In this document: in pieces, positions 20,075 to 29,429 of the stretch
Layout of the letters: every line of letters begins with the position of its first letter
How positions within the stretch are numbered: position 1 is the first letter of the stretch
NCBI GenBank assembly: GCA_035300145.1
Contig: DATGVQ010000216.1
Span: 439 to 64,438, forward strand
DNA length: 64,000 bases
DNA from: Acidiferrobacterales bacterium
Lineage (GTDB): Bacteria > Pseudomonadota > Gammaproteobacteria > Acidiferrobacterales > DATGVQ01
Direction of reading: 5' to 3'
Notes under the pieces: generated by a model
What the model was told of the DNA's origin: nothing
Seen by the model: only the letters and a program-made list of their open reading frames with translations
Databases searched by the model: none
Program-made: the position numbers and the translations under genes

Positions 20075-20481
20075 CCTGTTCTCCTTGTAAGTCAATGGCC
20101 AAAGTTTGAACGCAGGCATAGTAATGCGTAAACCAGGATTATGCGAGACTTTGAAGAAAAAACCGCCAAAAAAATGCCTCCCCGGACACGTCGCAAATAA
20201 CCCTTATGTCATATAGCGGTGGATGGTAAACTCCATTACCAGGTGCCTTGCGGCCAGGTAAAAAAGTCGATTTGTGCCTCCGAGCCATCGTTCCTGGTTA
20301 AGGTTTGAACTGCATCGGATTCCGCCCCCCTTGTTGGGTCGGTCGCCTCACTTGTGGCGACCGGACCCAACCCATTGACGCCGGAAAAGGCAAAAGGTAG
20401 TTTAGCCGGGCAATGGCCCCTTGCTGGGGGACAAAAAACAATATTCAACTGGGTTTAGACTAACCCAAAGCGAGAATAACC

Positions 20482-21390
20482 ATGCGAATCGTACTACTGG
20501 GAGCGCCCGGTTCCGGCAAAGGAACGCAAGCTAAGTTATTGGTTGAAAAGTATAAAATTTCCCATGTTGCCACTGGCGACCTGCTCCGCGCGGCAGTGGC
20601 TGCGGGCACTGAGTTGGGCCGGAAGGCGAAAGCGGCCATGGATGCCGGCCAACTGGTGCCCGATGAGGTTATGTTAGGCGTCATCCAAGAGCGCCTGGCG
20701 CAACCGGATACCAAGGGTGGTTTTGTTCTGGATGGCTTTCCCCGCAATATCCCTCAGGCCCAGGCCTTGGATGCCCTGCTGGCGCGCATCGGTCAGCCTT
20801 TGCAACTCGCCCTGCTGATCGATGTGGAGACGGAGATATTGATCAAACGCCTCACGGGGCGGCGCACCTGCTCTTCCTGCGGCCAGATATACAATATTTA
20901 TTTCTCGCCCTCCAAGGCCGCCGGCAAATGTGACAAGTGCGGCGGGGTATTGCAGCATCGCTCCGACGATAACGAGGCCACTATTCGCAACCGTCTGCAG
21001 ATTTACGAGGCGCAAACTGCGCCTCTTATCTCTTACTATAAAGCGCAAGGCAAGCTGCGTACCGTGCGTGGCGTCGGCAATATTAACGATATCTTCCGCG
21101 TAGTCGGCGATATCGTCGAGGCGCAAATCCGGCCGCTGGCGGCAGCGGCGCTTAAACCGGCGGAAACCAAACCGGCCGTGAAACCACCGGCGCCGCCGGC
21201 AAAGGCCCTTGCTAAGAAAAAAGCGGCGCCTAAGAAAAAGCCGGCTAAGAAGAAGCTAGTTAAAAAGAAAAAACCGGTTGCTAAAAAGAAACCCGCTAAA
21301 AAGAAACCTGTAAAGAAGTCCATTAAAAAGAAGGCGGCCAAGAAAACAGCGCGCAAGAAAAAGGGAGTAAAGTCTAAAAAGAAAAAATAA
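20482..21390 (+). CDS. adk: adenylate kinase with C-terminal Lys/Ala/Pro-rich histone-H1-like extension
   Basis: P-loop GAPGSGKGTQ, a Cys4 lid (CSSCGQ...CDKCGG) and a canonical end near residue ~217. An ~85-aa tail of AKKKP/KKKPV-type repeats then runs to the stop. Confidence 0.9.
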   Translation: MRIVLLGAPGSGKGTQAKLLVEKYKISHVATGDLLRAAVAAGTELGRKAKAAMDAGQLVPDEVMLGVIQERLAQPDTKGGFVLDGFPRNIPQAQALDALLARIGQPLQLALLIDVETEILIKRLTGRRTCSSCGQIYNIYFSPSKAAGKCDKCGGVLQHRSDDNEATIRNRLQIYEAQTAPLISYYKAQGKLRTVRGVGNINDIFRVVGDIVEAQIRPLAAAALKPAETKPAVKPPAPPAKALAKKKAAPKKKPAKKKLVKKKKPVAKKKPAKKKPVKKSIKKKAAKKTARKKKGVKSKKKK

Positions 21391-21411
21391 GCAGTTGCCG
21401 TAACAAGTTAG

Positions 21412-21437
21412 AGGCCCGGTGAAGCCGGGCCTTTTTA
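21412..21437 (+). terminator. rho-independent terminator after adk
   Basis: AGGCCCGG-tgaag-CCGGGCCT followed by TTTTT, 22 nt after the adk stop. Confidence 0.7.
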
Positions 21438-21484
21438 TTTATCCGCGCGTGAATGATAATCTATCACCTTGCCGGAGTTGCTGA

Positions 21485-22498
<1,014 letters not shown>

Positions 22499-22629
22499 CG
22501 CAAACGGCCGATGGTGGAGCGCATGGGAGTGCCTTGCGGCGGCGAGCACAGGTTACGTCTCTCCGGCCGAGATACCGTCCTTAGACCATTAGGCTTCCGG
22601 TGAAATTATTCCCATCAGCGGGCATGGCC

Positions 22630-22660
22630 AAAAAAAAAGGGCCCCACTGGGCCCTTTTTG
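22630..22660. terminator. bidirectional rho-independent terminator between hemB and the OMP gene
   Basis: AAAAAAAAA-GGGCCC-cact-GGGCCC-TTTTT. The A-run and T-run flank a perfect GC stem between convergent genes. Confidence 0.65.
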
Positions 22661-22679
22661 TAAGAGTAAAAATGCTTTG

Positions 22680-23264
22680 TTAGAAACTTGCGCTAAACGT
22701 GATACCGGCGCCGTTGCCCTTTGCAGCCGGACTATTCCCCACTTTATAGTCGACCGATGTATATCTGATCCCTACGTTCATCTTGTCCGTGATGCGATAG
22801 TCCGCTTGCGCTACATAGCCTAATGCGTTGTCGAACGAGACGTCCAATCCGCTGAGGTCACCGCTGCTTTTCAGTTTGGGATTGATATGGTAGGCCAATC
22901 CGCCGCCTAGGCGCACTTTCTCGAACTTGTAGAACGCCAGGGCTTCCAGCGGAAACCGGGTGAAAGTAACATCCGCGTTGGACGCGGTAACAGCCGTATA
23001 TTTCCAAGCAAGCGAAAGTTCGACATCTACGTCTTTCGCCACCTCGACCAGTGCCACGCCGCCGCCGATATAAAACCCGTCGTTCGCTTTAATCGAGGAA
23101 GTACTACCGTCTTTAAATATGACCGTGACTAGGGTATCGCCACCCGTATCGAGGCCCAATTTGAACAGCCCGTGTACGTCGGCAGCCTGGGACGCCCCAG
23201 CGGACATCAACAGACCTAGCATGCCTAGGATTACCAACAGATTGCGTCTTGATTTTGCTTGCAT
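22680..23264 (-). CDS. small outer-membrane beta-barrel protein (paralog 1)
   Basis: 194 aa. Signal peptide ends in ASQA-ADV. The sequence shows alternating beta-strand patterning and a C-terminal ...GITFSASF with terminal Phe. AGGAGG lies upstream of the ATG. Confidence 0.6.
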   Translation of the reverse strand: MQAKSRRNLLVILGMLGLLMSAGASQAADVHGLFKLGLDTGGDTLVTVIFKDGSTSSIKANDGFYIGGGVALVEVAKDVDVELSLAWKYTAVTASNADVTFTRFPLEALAFYKFEKVRLGGGLAYHINPKLKSSGDLSGLDVSFDNALGYVAQADYRITDKMNVGIRYTSVDYKVGNSPAAKGNGAGITFSASF

Positions 23265-23300
23265 TGCCTCCTCCTGTTTTTTGTTTGCTCGGTTATTAAT

Positions 23301-23470
23301 TTAAGGTTTGCCCTTGCCTAGGGCCTCCGCCTCGATCTGCTCAAGGCTGATAGGCGTATATCCTTGCCTTTTACTAAGTATATGACATATACGCAGATGT
23401 TGCGGGCACGATCGCCGCTCCATTCTAGCGCGCACGAAATCGTGCGCGGACTTCCATGCGGACTTCCATC
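23301..23470 (-). pseudogene. decayed copy of the phoU 3' end (duplication relic)
   Basis: The nucleotide sequence aligns with 24121-24310, the last ~63 phoU codons, with scattered substitutions. It also carries a ~27-nt internal deletion, an in-frame TAG and a small tandem repeat (gcggacttccat x2). Confidence 0.65.
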
Positions 23471-23496
23471 AGGAATGTAAGAACAAAAATGCTTTG

Positions 23497-24087
23497 TCAG
23501 AAACTTGCGCTAAACGTGATACCGGCGCCGTTGCCCTTTGCAGCCGGACTATTCCCCACTTTATAGTCGACCGATGTATATCTGATCCCTACGTTCATCT
23601 TGTCCGTGATGCGATAGTCCGCCTGCAGTACCCCGCCCAAGGCGTTGTCATACCCGATGTCCAATCCGCTGAAGTCACCGCTACCTTTGAGTTTGGGATC
23701 GATATGGTAGGCCAATCCGCCGCCTAGGCGCACTTTTTCGAACTTGTAGAACACCAGGGCTTCCAGCGGAAACCGGGTGAAAGTGACGTCCCCGTTGGAC
23801 GCGGTAATGAACGCCCATTTCCACGCAAGCGTAAGCTCGACATCTACATCTTTCGCCACCTCAACCAGTCCCACGCCGCCGCCGATATAAGACCCTTCGT
23901 TCGCTTTAATTGAGGAAGAACTGCCATTTGGGAATGTGAGCGTGGACGAGGTTAAGGTATCGCCACCCACATCACGGCCCAACTTCAACAGCCCGTGTAC
24001 CTCGGCAGCCTGGGACGCCCCGGCCGCCATTAACAGACCCAGCATACCTGGGGTTCGCAACAGATCGCTCCTTGATTTTTGTTGCAT
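23497..24087 (-). CDS. small outer-membrane beta-barrel protein (paralog 2)
   Basis: 196 aa, roughly 80% identical to paralog 1 by eye. The 3' ~125 nt are identical to paralog 1. The start is 34 nt downstream of the phoU stop. Confidence 0.6.
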   Translation of the reverse strand: MQQKSRSDLLRTPGMLGLLMAAGASQAAEVHGLLKLGRDVGGDTLTSSTLTFPNGSSSSIKANEGSYIGGGVGLVEVAKDVDVELTLAWKWAFITASNGDVTFTRFPLEALVFYKFEKVRLGGGLAYHIDPKLKGSGDFSGLDIGYDNALGGVLQADYRITDKMNVGIRYTSVDYKVGNSPAAKGNGAGITFSASF

Positions 24088-24120
24088 TACCTCATCCTCT
24101 TCTTTATTCGATTATCAGTT

Positions 24121-24843
24121 TTAAGATTTTCCCTTGCCTAGGATCTCCATCTCGATCTGCTCCAGGCTGGTGTGGCGTACATCCTTGCCTTTTACTAAGT
24201 AAATGACATACTCGCAGATATTGCGGGCGTGATCGCCGATGCGCTCCAAGGCGCGCGCGGTCCAAATGACATCCAGCGCGCGCGAAATCGTGCGCGGGTC
24301 TTCCATCATAAACGTGATCATCTGCCGCATCAGGCCGTCGTATTCTTTATCGACCTGGCGGTCTTCGCGCGCCACCAGCAGCGCCGCCTCGATATCGAGA
24401 CGCGCGAACGCGTTGAGCGCATCGTGCACCATCTGGCGCACATGATTGCCGAGCGCTTGCACTTCTATATAACCATCCTTCGGGCGCTCGGCCTCGGCCA
24501 GACGCACGCCCATGCGCGCGATCTTTTCCGCTTCATCGCCGATGCGCTCCAGGTCGGTGATGGTTTTAATCACCGCCATCACCAGACGCAGGTCGCTTGC
24601 CGCCGGCTGGCGCCGGGCAATGATTTGGTTGCATTCTTCGTCGATGGTCACGTCCAATTTATTCACTTTATAATCGTTGGTAATCACCGTCTGGCCTAAT
24701 ACCGCATCGCCTTTAACCAGCGCGGTAATGCCGTCGGCGATTTGCTGTTCCACCAGTCCGCCCATCTGCAAGACCCGGGTGCGGATGTCTTCCAGTTCAG
24801 CGTTGTATTTGCGTGAAATATGCGCGTGGATGTTGGGTTCCAT
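24121..24843 (-). CDS. phoU: phosphate signalling complex protein PhoU
   Basis: 240 aa with duplicated PhoU repeats carrying the E/DxxxD motifs (DLERIGDEAEKIA and ALERIGDHARNICE). Confidence 0.95.
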   Translation of the reverse strand: MEPNIHAHISRKYNAELEDIRTRVLQMGGLVEQQIADGITALVKGDAVLGQTVITNDYKVNKLDVTIDEECNQIIARRQPAASDLRLVMAVIKTITDLERIGDEAEKIARMGVRLAEAERPKDGYIEVQALGNHVRQMVHDALNAFARLDIEAALLVAREDRQVDKEYDGLMRQMITFMMEDPRTISRALDVIWTARALERIGDHARNICEYVIYLVKGKDVRHTSLEQIEMEILGKGKS

Positions 24844-24865
24844 TGCATTCTCCTGCTATGTCATC

Positions 24866-25642
24866 TCAGCCGTAGCGGCCGGTAATATAATCTTCGGTCT
24901 GCTTCTTATCCGGGTTGGTGAAGATGGTATTGGTATCGCCAAACTCGACCAGCTCGCCGAAGTACATGAAAGCAGTATAGTCCGAGACACGCGCCGCCTG
25001 CTGCATATTATGCGTCACAATGACAATGGTATAATTCTGCTTCAACTCGTAAATCAACTCTTCGATTTTAAGCGTCGAGATAGGATCCAAAGCGGACGCG
25101 GGCTCATCCAGCAGCAACACTTCCGGCTTAACCGCAATCGCACGGGCAATGCAAAGGCGCTGTTGCTGGCCGCCCGAGAGACTGGTGCCGTTCTGTTTTA
25201 ACTTGTCGCTCACCTCATCCCATAGCGCCGCCTGGCGCAACGCCGCTTCCACCCGGTCGTCCATTTCCGATTTGCCGAGCTTTTCGTAAAGCCGCACGCC
25301 GAAGGCGATATTTTCGTAAATGGACATCGGAAACGGCGTCGGCTTTTGAAACACCATCCCGATGCGCGCGCGCAGCCGGTAGAGGTCTACACCGGCTGAA
25401 AGTATGTTCTTGTCATCCAACAGAATCTCGCCGGTCGCGTACTGATCCGGATACAGCTCATACATGCGATTGAAGGTGCGCAACAACGTGGACTTGCCGC
25501 AGCCCGATGGGCCGATGAAAGCCGTGACCATATTGGTGGCGATATCGAGGCTGATATTGCGCAGTGCTACGAATTTACTGTAATAAAAATACAGGTTGCG
25601 CGCCTGAATCTTGGGCTTAATCAGTGTCGATATTTCATTCAT
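24866..25642 (-). CDS. pstB: phosphate ABC transporter ATP-binding protein
   Basis: Walker [10 protein letters not shown], signature LSGGQQQRL, Walker B LLLDEP, and the typical PstB C-terminus YITGRYG. Confidence 0.95.
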   Translation of the reverse strand: MNEISTLIKPKIQARNLYFYYSKFVALRNISLDIATNMVTAFIGPSGCGKSTLLRTFNRMYELYPDQYATGEILLDDKNILSAGVDLYRLRARIGMVFQKPTPFPMSIYENIAFGVRLYEKLGKSEMDDRVEAALRQAALWDEVSDKLKQNGTSLSGGQQQRLCIARAIAVKPEVLLLDEPASALDPISTLKIEELIYELKQNYTIVIVTHNMQQAARVSDYTAFMYFGELVEFGDTNTIFTNPDKKQTEDYITGRYG

Positions 25643-26484
25643 GCTTCTATCTTAACCTTACTTAATAGCGCACGCGCAATAATGCTAAGTACTAACACAC
25701 CGGCGGTGATTAATAAGGCGCCGACCCAGGCCAAGGCATGCCATTCCTCATAAGGACTCATGGCAAATTGAAAGATCACTACCGGCAGGTTCGACATCGG
25801 GGCATTGATATCGTTACTCCAAAATTGATTATTAAGCGCGGTAAAAAGCAATGGTGCGGTTTCCCCGCTGATACGCGCGATTGCCAAAAGAACACCGGTA
25901 AGCACGCCGCTTAACGCCGCGCGGTAGGCAATCAAGGTGATGACTTTCCAGCGCGGCGCGCCCAAGGCCAGCGCCGCCTCGCGCAAGCTGCTCGGCACCA
26001 AGCGCAACATTTCCTCGGTTGTGCGCGTCACTACCGGCAATAAAATGATGGCAAGCGCAATGGCGCCGGCGAGACCGGAAAAATGACCCATTTTTACCAC
26101 TACCAATTCATAAACAAACAAGCCGATGATAATGGACGGCGCGCTCAGCAAGATGTCATTGACAAAGCGAATGACGGCGGCGATGCGTTTCTTGCCCCCG
26201 AACTCGGCCAAATAAGTGCCGACGAGAATACTAATAGGCGTGCCGATAAAAGTCGCAAGCGCGACCATAATTAAGCTGCCGACAATCGCGTTGGCAAGCC
26301 CGCCGGTATTGCCAGGCGCGGGCGTGTTTTGGGTGAATAAACTCCAATCAAAAGCGGCGATGCCGAATTTAAGCGTGGTCCACAAAATCCAGCCCAGCCA
26401 CAACAGACCGAAGCCGGTCGCCAAGATGGATGCGCCCAAATTGATAATATTCATGCTGCGCCGCCGCAAGTAAAGCCAATCCAT
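25639..26484 (-). CDS. pstA: phosphate ABC transporter permease PstA
   Basis: 281 aa, polytopic, with an EAA-type loop ([13 protein letters not shown]). The start overlaps pstB by 4 nt. Confidence 0.9.
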   Translation of the reverse strand: MDWLYLRRRSMNIINLGASILATGFGLLWLGWILWTTLKFGIAAFDWSLFTQNTPAPGNTGGLANAIVGSLIMVALATFIGTPISILVGTYLAEFGGKKRIAAVIRFVNDILLSAPSIIIGLFVYELVVVKMGHFSGLAGAIALAIILLPVVTRTTEEMLRLVPSSLREAALALGAPRWKVITLIAYRAALSGVLTGVLLAIARISGETAPLLFTALNNQFWSNDINAPMSNLPVVIFQFAMSPYEEWHALAWVGALLITAGVLVLSIIARALLSKVKIEA

Positions 26485-26507
26485 AATTAACCCTGCCTTA
26501 TTTTTCT

Positions 26508-27470
26508 CTATTGAAGATAACCGTCGCGGGATTCTAGCCGCATCAGCAATAGCTTTGCCAGCGCGAGCACAATAAAGGTGATAACAAACAAAACCAGGCC
26601 CAAAGCGATCAGCGAAGAAACATGCAGCGGCTCGATCGCCTCGGTAAACTCGTTTGCCAACGTGGAGGCGATGGAATTGCTCGGTTCAAATAAGGAGACG
26701 CTTAAACGATGCGCGTTACCGATGACGAAAGTAACTGCCATGGTCTCGCCGAGCGCACGACCCAGGCCAAGGAAAATTCCCCCGACCACGGCCGCGCGCG
26801 TATGCGGCAATACGACGTGCCGCACGACCTCCCAAGTAGTTGCACCGATGGCATACGCGGACTCTTTCAGAAATTTAGGCGTGGTTTGAAATACATCGCG
26901 CATAATGGAGGCAATGAAAGGAATAATCATGATGCCGAGGATTATTCCCGCCGGGAGCATACCGATGCCGATCGGCGGCCCTTGAAACAAGGGGCCGATA
27001 ATCAGCCAACCGCCTATATGGTCTTGCAGCCATGGTTCGACATGTTCGGCCAACACTGGCGCAAATACGAACAATCCCCACATGCCATAGATAATGCTGG
27101 GGATCGCCGCCAGCAGCTCGATGGCGGTGCCGACCGGGCGTTTAAGCCAGGCCGGGGCAAGTTCCGTGATGAATAAGGCGATGCCGAAGCTGACGGGCAC
27201 GGCTATGATGAGGGCGATCGCAGAACTAACCAACGTACCATAAATCGGCGCCAGTGCGCCGAACTGGTTGGTTACTGGATTCCATACATCGGTAATCAGA
27301 AATTTGAAACCAAACCTCTGCAACGCCGCCCACGCGCCATAAAATAGCGATACAATGATGCCGGCGAGCAGCAGCAATACCAGCCAGGCAAAAAAGGCCG
27401 TAGTGTAGTGAAACGACTTGTCTACCCAGCGTTGACGTTTCAATGTTATGCCCGGCCTGTTGTCGCTCAC
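26508..27470 (-). CDS. pstC: phosphate ABC transporter permease PstC
   Basis: 320 aa, polytopic, with an EAA-type loop ([13 protein letters not shown]). Positioned between pstS and pstA. Confidence 0.9.
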   Translation of the reverse strand: MSDNRPGITLKRQRWVDKSFHYTTAFFAWLVLLLLAGIIVSLFYGAWAALQRFGFKFLITDVWNPVTNQFGALAPIYGTLVSSAIALIIAVPVSFGIALFITELAPAWLKRPVGTAIELLAAIPSIIYGMWGLFVFAPVLAEHVEPWLQDHIGGWLIIGPLFQGPPIGIGMLPAGIILGIMIIPFIASIMRDVFQTTPKFLKESAYAIGATTWEVVRHVVLPHTRAAVVGGIFLGLGRALGETMAVTFVIGNAHRLSVSLFEPSNSIASTLANEFTEAIEPLHVSSLIALGLVLFVITFIVLALAKLLLMRLESRDGYLQ

Positions 27471-27543
27471 CTGCCCCCCTTAAAGAAACAGTGGGGCCCA
27501 TATGGGCCCCACTAACGAACCATGACTGAACGGCGATTCTATT

Positions 27544-28614
27544 CTATTTCTGTATCATGCTGTCGGTCCAGACCTGACCGCCATTAGCATCGCGGATTTC
27601 GTTTTTCCACGTTTCCTCCACCAGTTTCACGACCTTCGCCGGCATCGGCACATAGTCGAGCTCCTTCGCCAGGCGATCGCCGTGATGATAGGCCCAGTCG
27701 AAGAACTTGAGCGTTTCTAATGCTAGCTCGGGCTTCTCTTGCTTTTTATAGATCAAAATAAAGGTGGCGCCGGTGATCGGCCAGCTTTCCGTGCCCGGCT
27801 GCTCGGTCAGCATCAGGTTAAAGCCGGGGGTTTTCGCCCATTCGGCGTTGGCTGCCGCCGCTTGAAATGAAGCCGCGCTTGGTTGCACAAATTTGCCGGC
27901 GGCGTTTTGCAGCAGAGCGTAGGCCATCTTATTCTGCAAGGCGTAGGCGTACTCGACATAGCCGATACCGCCCTTAATCCGCTGCACATAAGAAGCCACG
28001 CCCTCATTGCCCTTACCGCCCACGCCGGTGGGCCAGGTCACGGAAGTGGCGTTGCCTGCTTTGGCTTTCCATTCAGCACTGATTTTGGAAAGGTAATGCG
28101 TAAAAATAAAAGTCGTGCCGGAACCGTCGGAACGCGCCACTGCCGTAATCTTTGCGTTGGGAAACTTAACACCGGCATTGAGTTTAGCGATGGCTGGGTC
28201 GTCCCAGGAGGTAATCTTGCCCAAATAAATATCCGCCAGCACCGGGCCGGTCAGCTTTAACTCGCCCGGCTTAATCTCCGGGATATTGACTACCGGCACC
28301 ACCCCGCCCATCACCATCGGGAACTGTATCAGGCCGATCTCATTCAACTTTTCGACCGGCAAAGGCGCATCGGAAGCGCCGAAATCGACGGTTTTAGCCG
28401 TGATTTGTTTAATTCCTCCGCCGGAGCCGATCGACTGATAATTCATCTCCACACCGGTCTTGGCCTTATAGGCTTCCGCCCATTTGGCATAAACCGGATA
28501 AGGAAAGGTGGCGCCGGCGCCGTTAATCGCCGCCGCCGCCCGGGCCGGGGAAATCCCCGCCCCAATAAATATCGCGAAAGCGAGAGAAAGTCCTACTTTG
28601 ATAACATTATGCAT
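27544..28614 (-). CDS. pstS: periplasmic phosphate-binding protein
   Basis: 356 aa. A signal peptide is followed by INGAGATFPYPVYAKWA, which is typical of PstS. First gene of the pst operon. Confidence 0.9.
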   Translation of the reverse strand: MHNVIKVGLSLAFAIFIGAGISPARAAAAINGAGATFPYPVYAKWAEAYKAKTGVEMNYQSIGSGGGIKQITAKTVDFGASDAPLPVEKLNEIGLIQFPMVMGGVVPVVNIPEIKPGELKLTGPVLADIYLGKITSWDDPAIAKLNAGVKFPNAKITAVARSDGSGTTFIFTHYLSKISAEWKAKAGNATSVTWPTGVGGKGNEGVASYVQRIKGGIGYVEYAYALQNKMAYALLQNAAGKFVQPSAASFQAAAANAEWAKTPGFNLMLTEQPGTESWPITGATFILIYKKQEKPELALETLKFFDWAYHHGDRLAKELDYVPMPAKVVKLVEETWKNEIRDANGGQVWTDSMIQK

Positions 28615-28664
28615 ACTTTCGAATCTCCAAAGTTGCTTTAAAAAAGCCTGTTACACGCCCGCTC

Positions 28665-28698
28665 ATAATAAGCACGCAATATGACAATTTGATGAAAC
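28665..28698 (-). promoter_or_regulatory. candidate PhoB-dependent promoter of pstS (Pho box plus -10)
   Basis: On the minus strand, GTTTCATCAAATTGTCAT matches 13/18 positions of CTGTCATAWAWCTGTCAY with 11-bp half-site phasing. TATTAT follows exactly 10 nt later, and GGAGAT lies before the ATG. Confidence 0.45.
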
Positions 28699-28948
28699 AA
28701 AAAAAGAAACTTTGACCCGCTGATGTGGGTTTTAAGACTGGATTGATCCCCCGGCGCCCAAAAAGACGATTGCCGCGACCTGAAGCGGCTTAGCGTAGAG
28801 CGGCGGCATCGGTGGATGGTAAACACGGAATGCCGTCCCGCCATGCGTAAAGCCGGTTCCGCTTGCGCGCCAGGCTTCCTTGAAATCAGTCCGATAACAA
28901 TTTAGACTGAAATTTCCTTAATAAAAATCCACCCCTTAAGGAGGAGCC

Positions 28949-29419
28949 GTGCCCACAACGATCAAGTTTTCCCTCGACGGCAAGGCGCGCTCGGTCAAGG
29001 TTGACGATCCAGCGATGCCCTTGCTGTACGCCCTGCGCGACAACCTCAGGATGAAGAATCCGCACTTTGGTTGCGGCCTGGCGCAATGCGGCGCTTGTAC
29101 CGTACACCTGGATGGCGAACCGGTGCGGTCCTGTGTGCTGCCGGTCGCGGCTGTCAAGGACAAAAAGGTCACCACAATCTACGGCCTTGGAACGCCGGAG
29201 AAGCCGCATCCGTTACAGGCGGCCTACGTGGAAGAGCAAGTGCCGCAGTGCGGCTACTGCATCAACGGCTGGATAATGACCGCCGCCGCATTCCTGAAGA
29301 AAAACCCCAAGGCGACCGACGCGCAGGTCCGCGAGGCGCTCGCCGGCCTCAAATGCCGCTGCGGCACCCATGTCTCGATCCTGCGCGCGATCAAGCGCGC
29401 GCAACGGCAAATGGCGTAA
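28949..29419 (+). CDS. (2Fe-2S)-binding small subunit of a molybdenum hydroxylase (IorA/aldehyde oxidoreductase type)
   Basis: 156 aa with two [2Fe-2S] cysteine clusters (CGLAQCGACTV and CGYCINGWIM...CRCGTH). The start is GTG per the ORF track. Confidence 0.85.
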   Translation: MPTTIKFSLDGKARSVKVDDPAMPLLYALRDNLRMKNPHFGCGLAQCGACTVHLDGEPVRSCVLPVAAVKDKKVTTIYGLGTPEKPHPLQAAYVEEQVPQCGYCINGWIMTAAAFLKKNPKATDAQVREALAGLKCRCGTHVSILRAIKRAQRQMA

Positions 29420-29429
29420 GGGGGCGATC

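Noticed and set aside
20236-20448. 70-aa minus-strand ORF in the adk upstream region
   Set aside because: It has no SD and an odd composition, and it coincides with a block of strong hairpins. A structured non-coding region is more likely.
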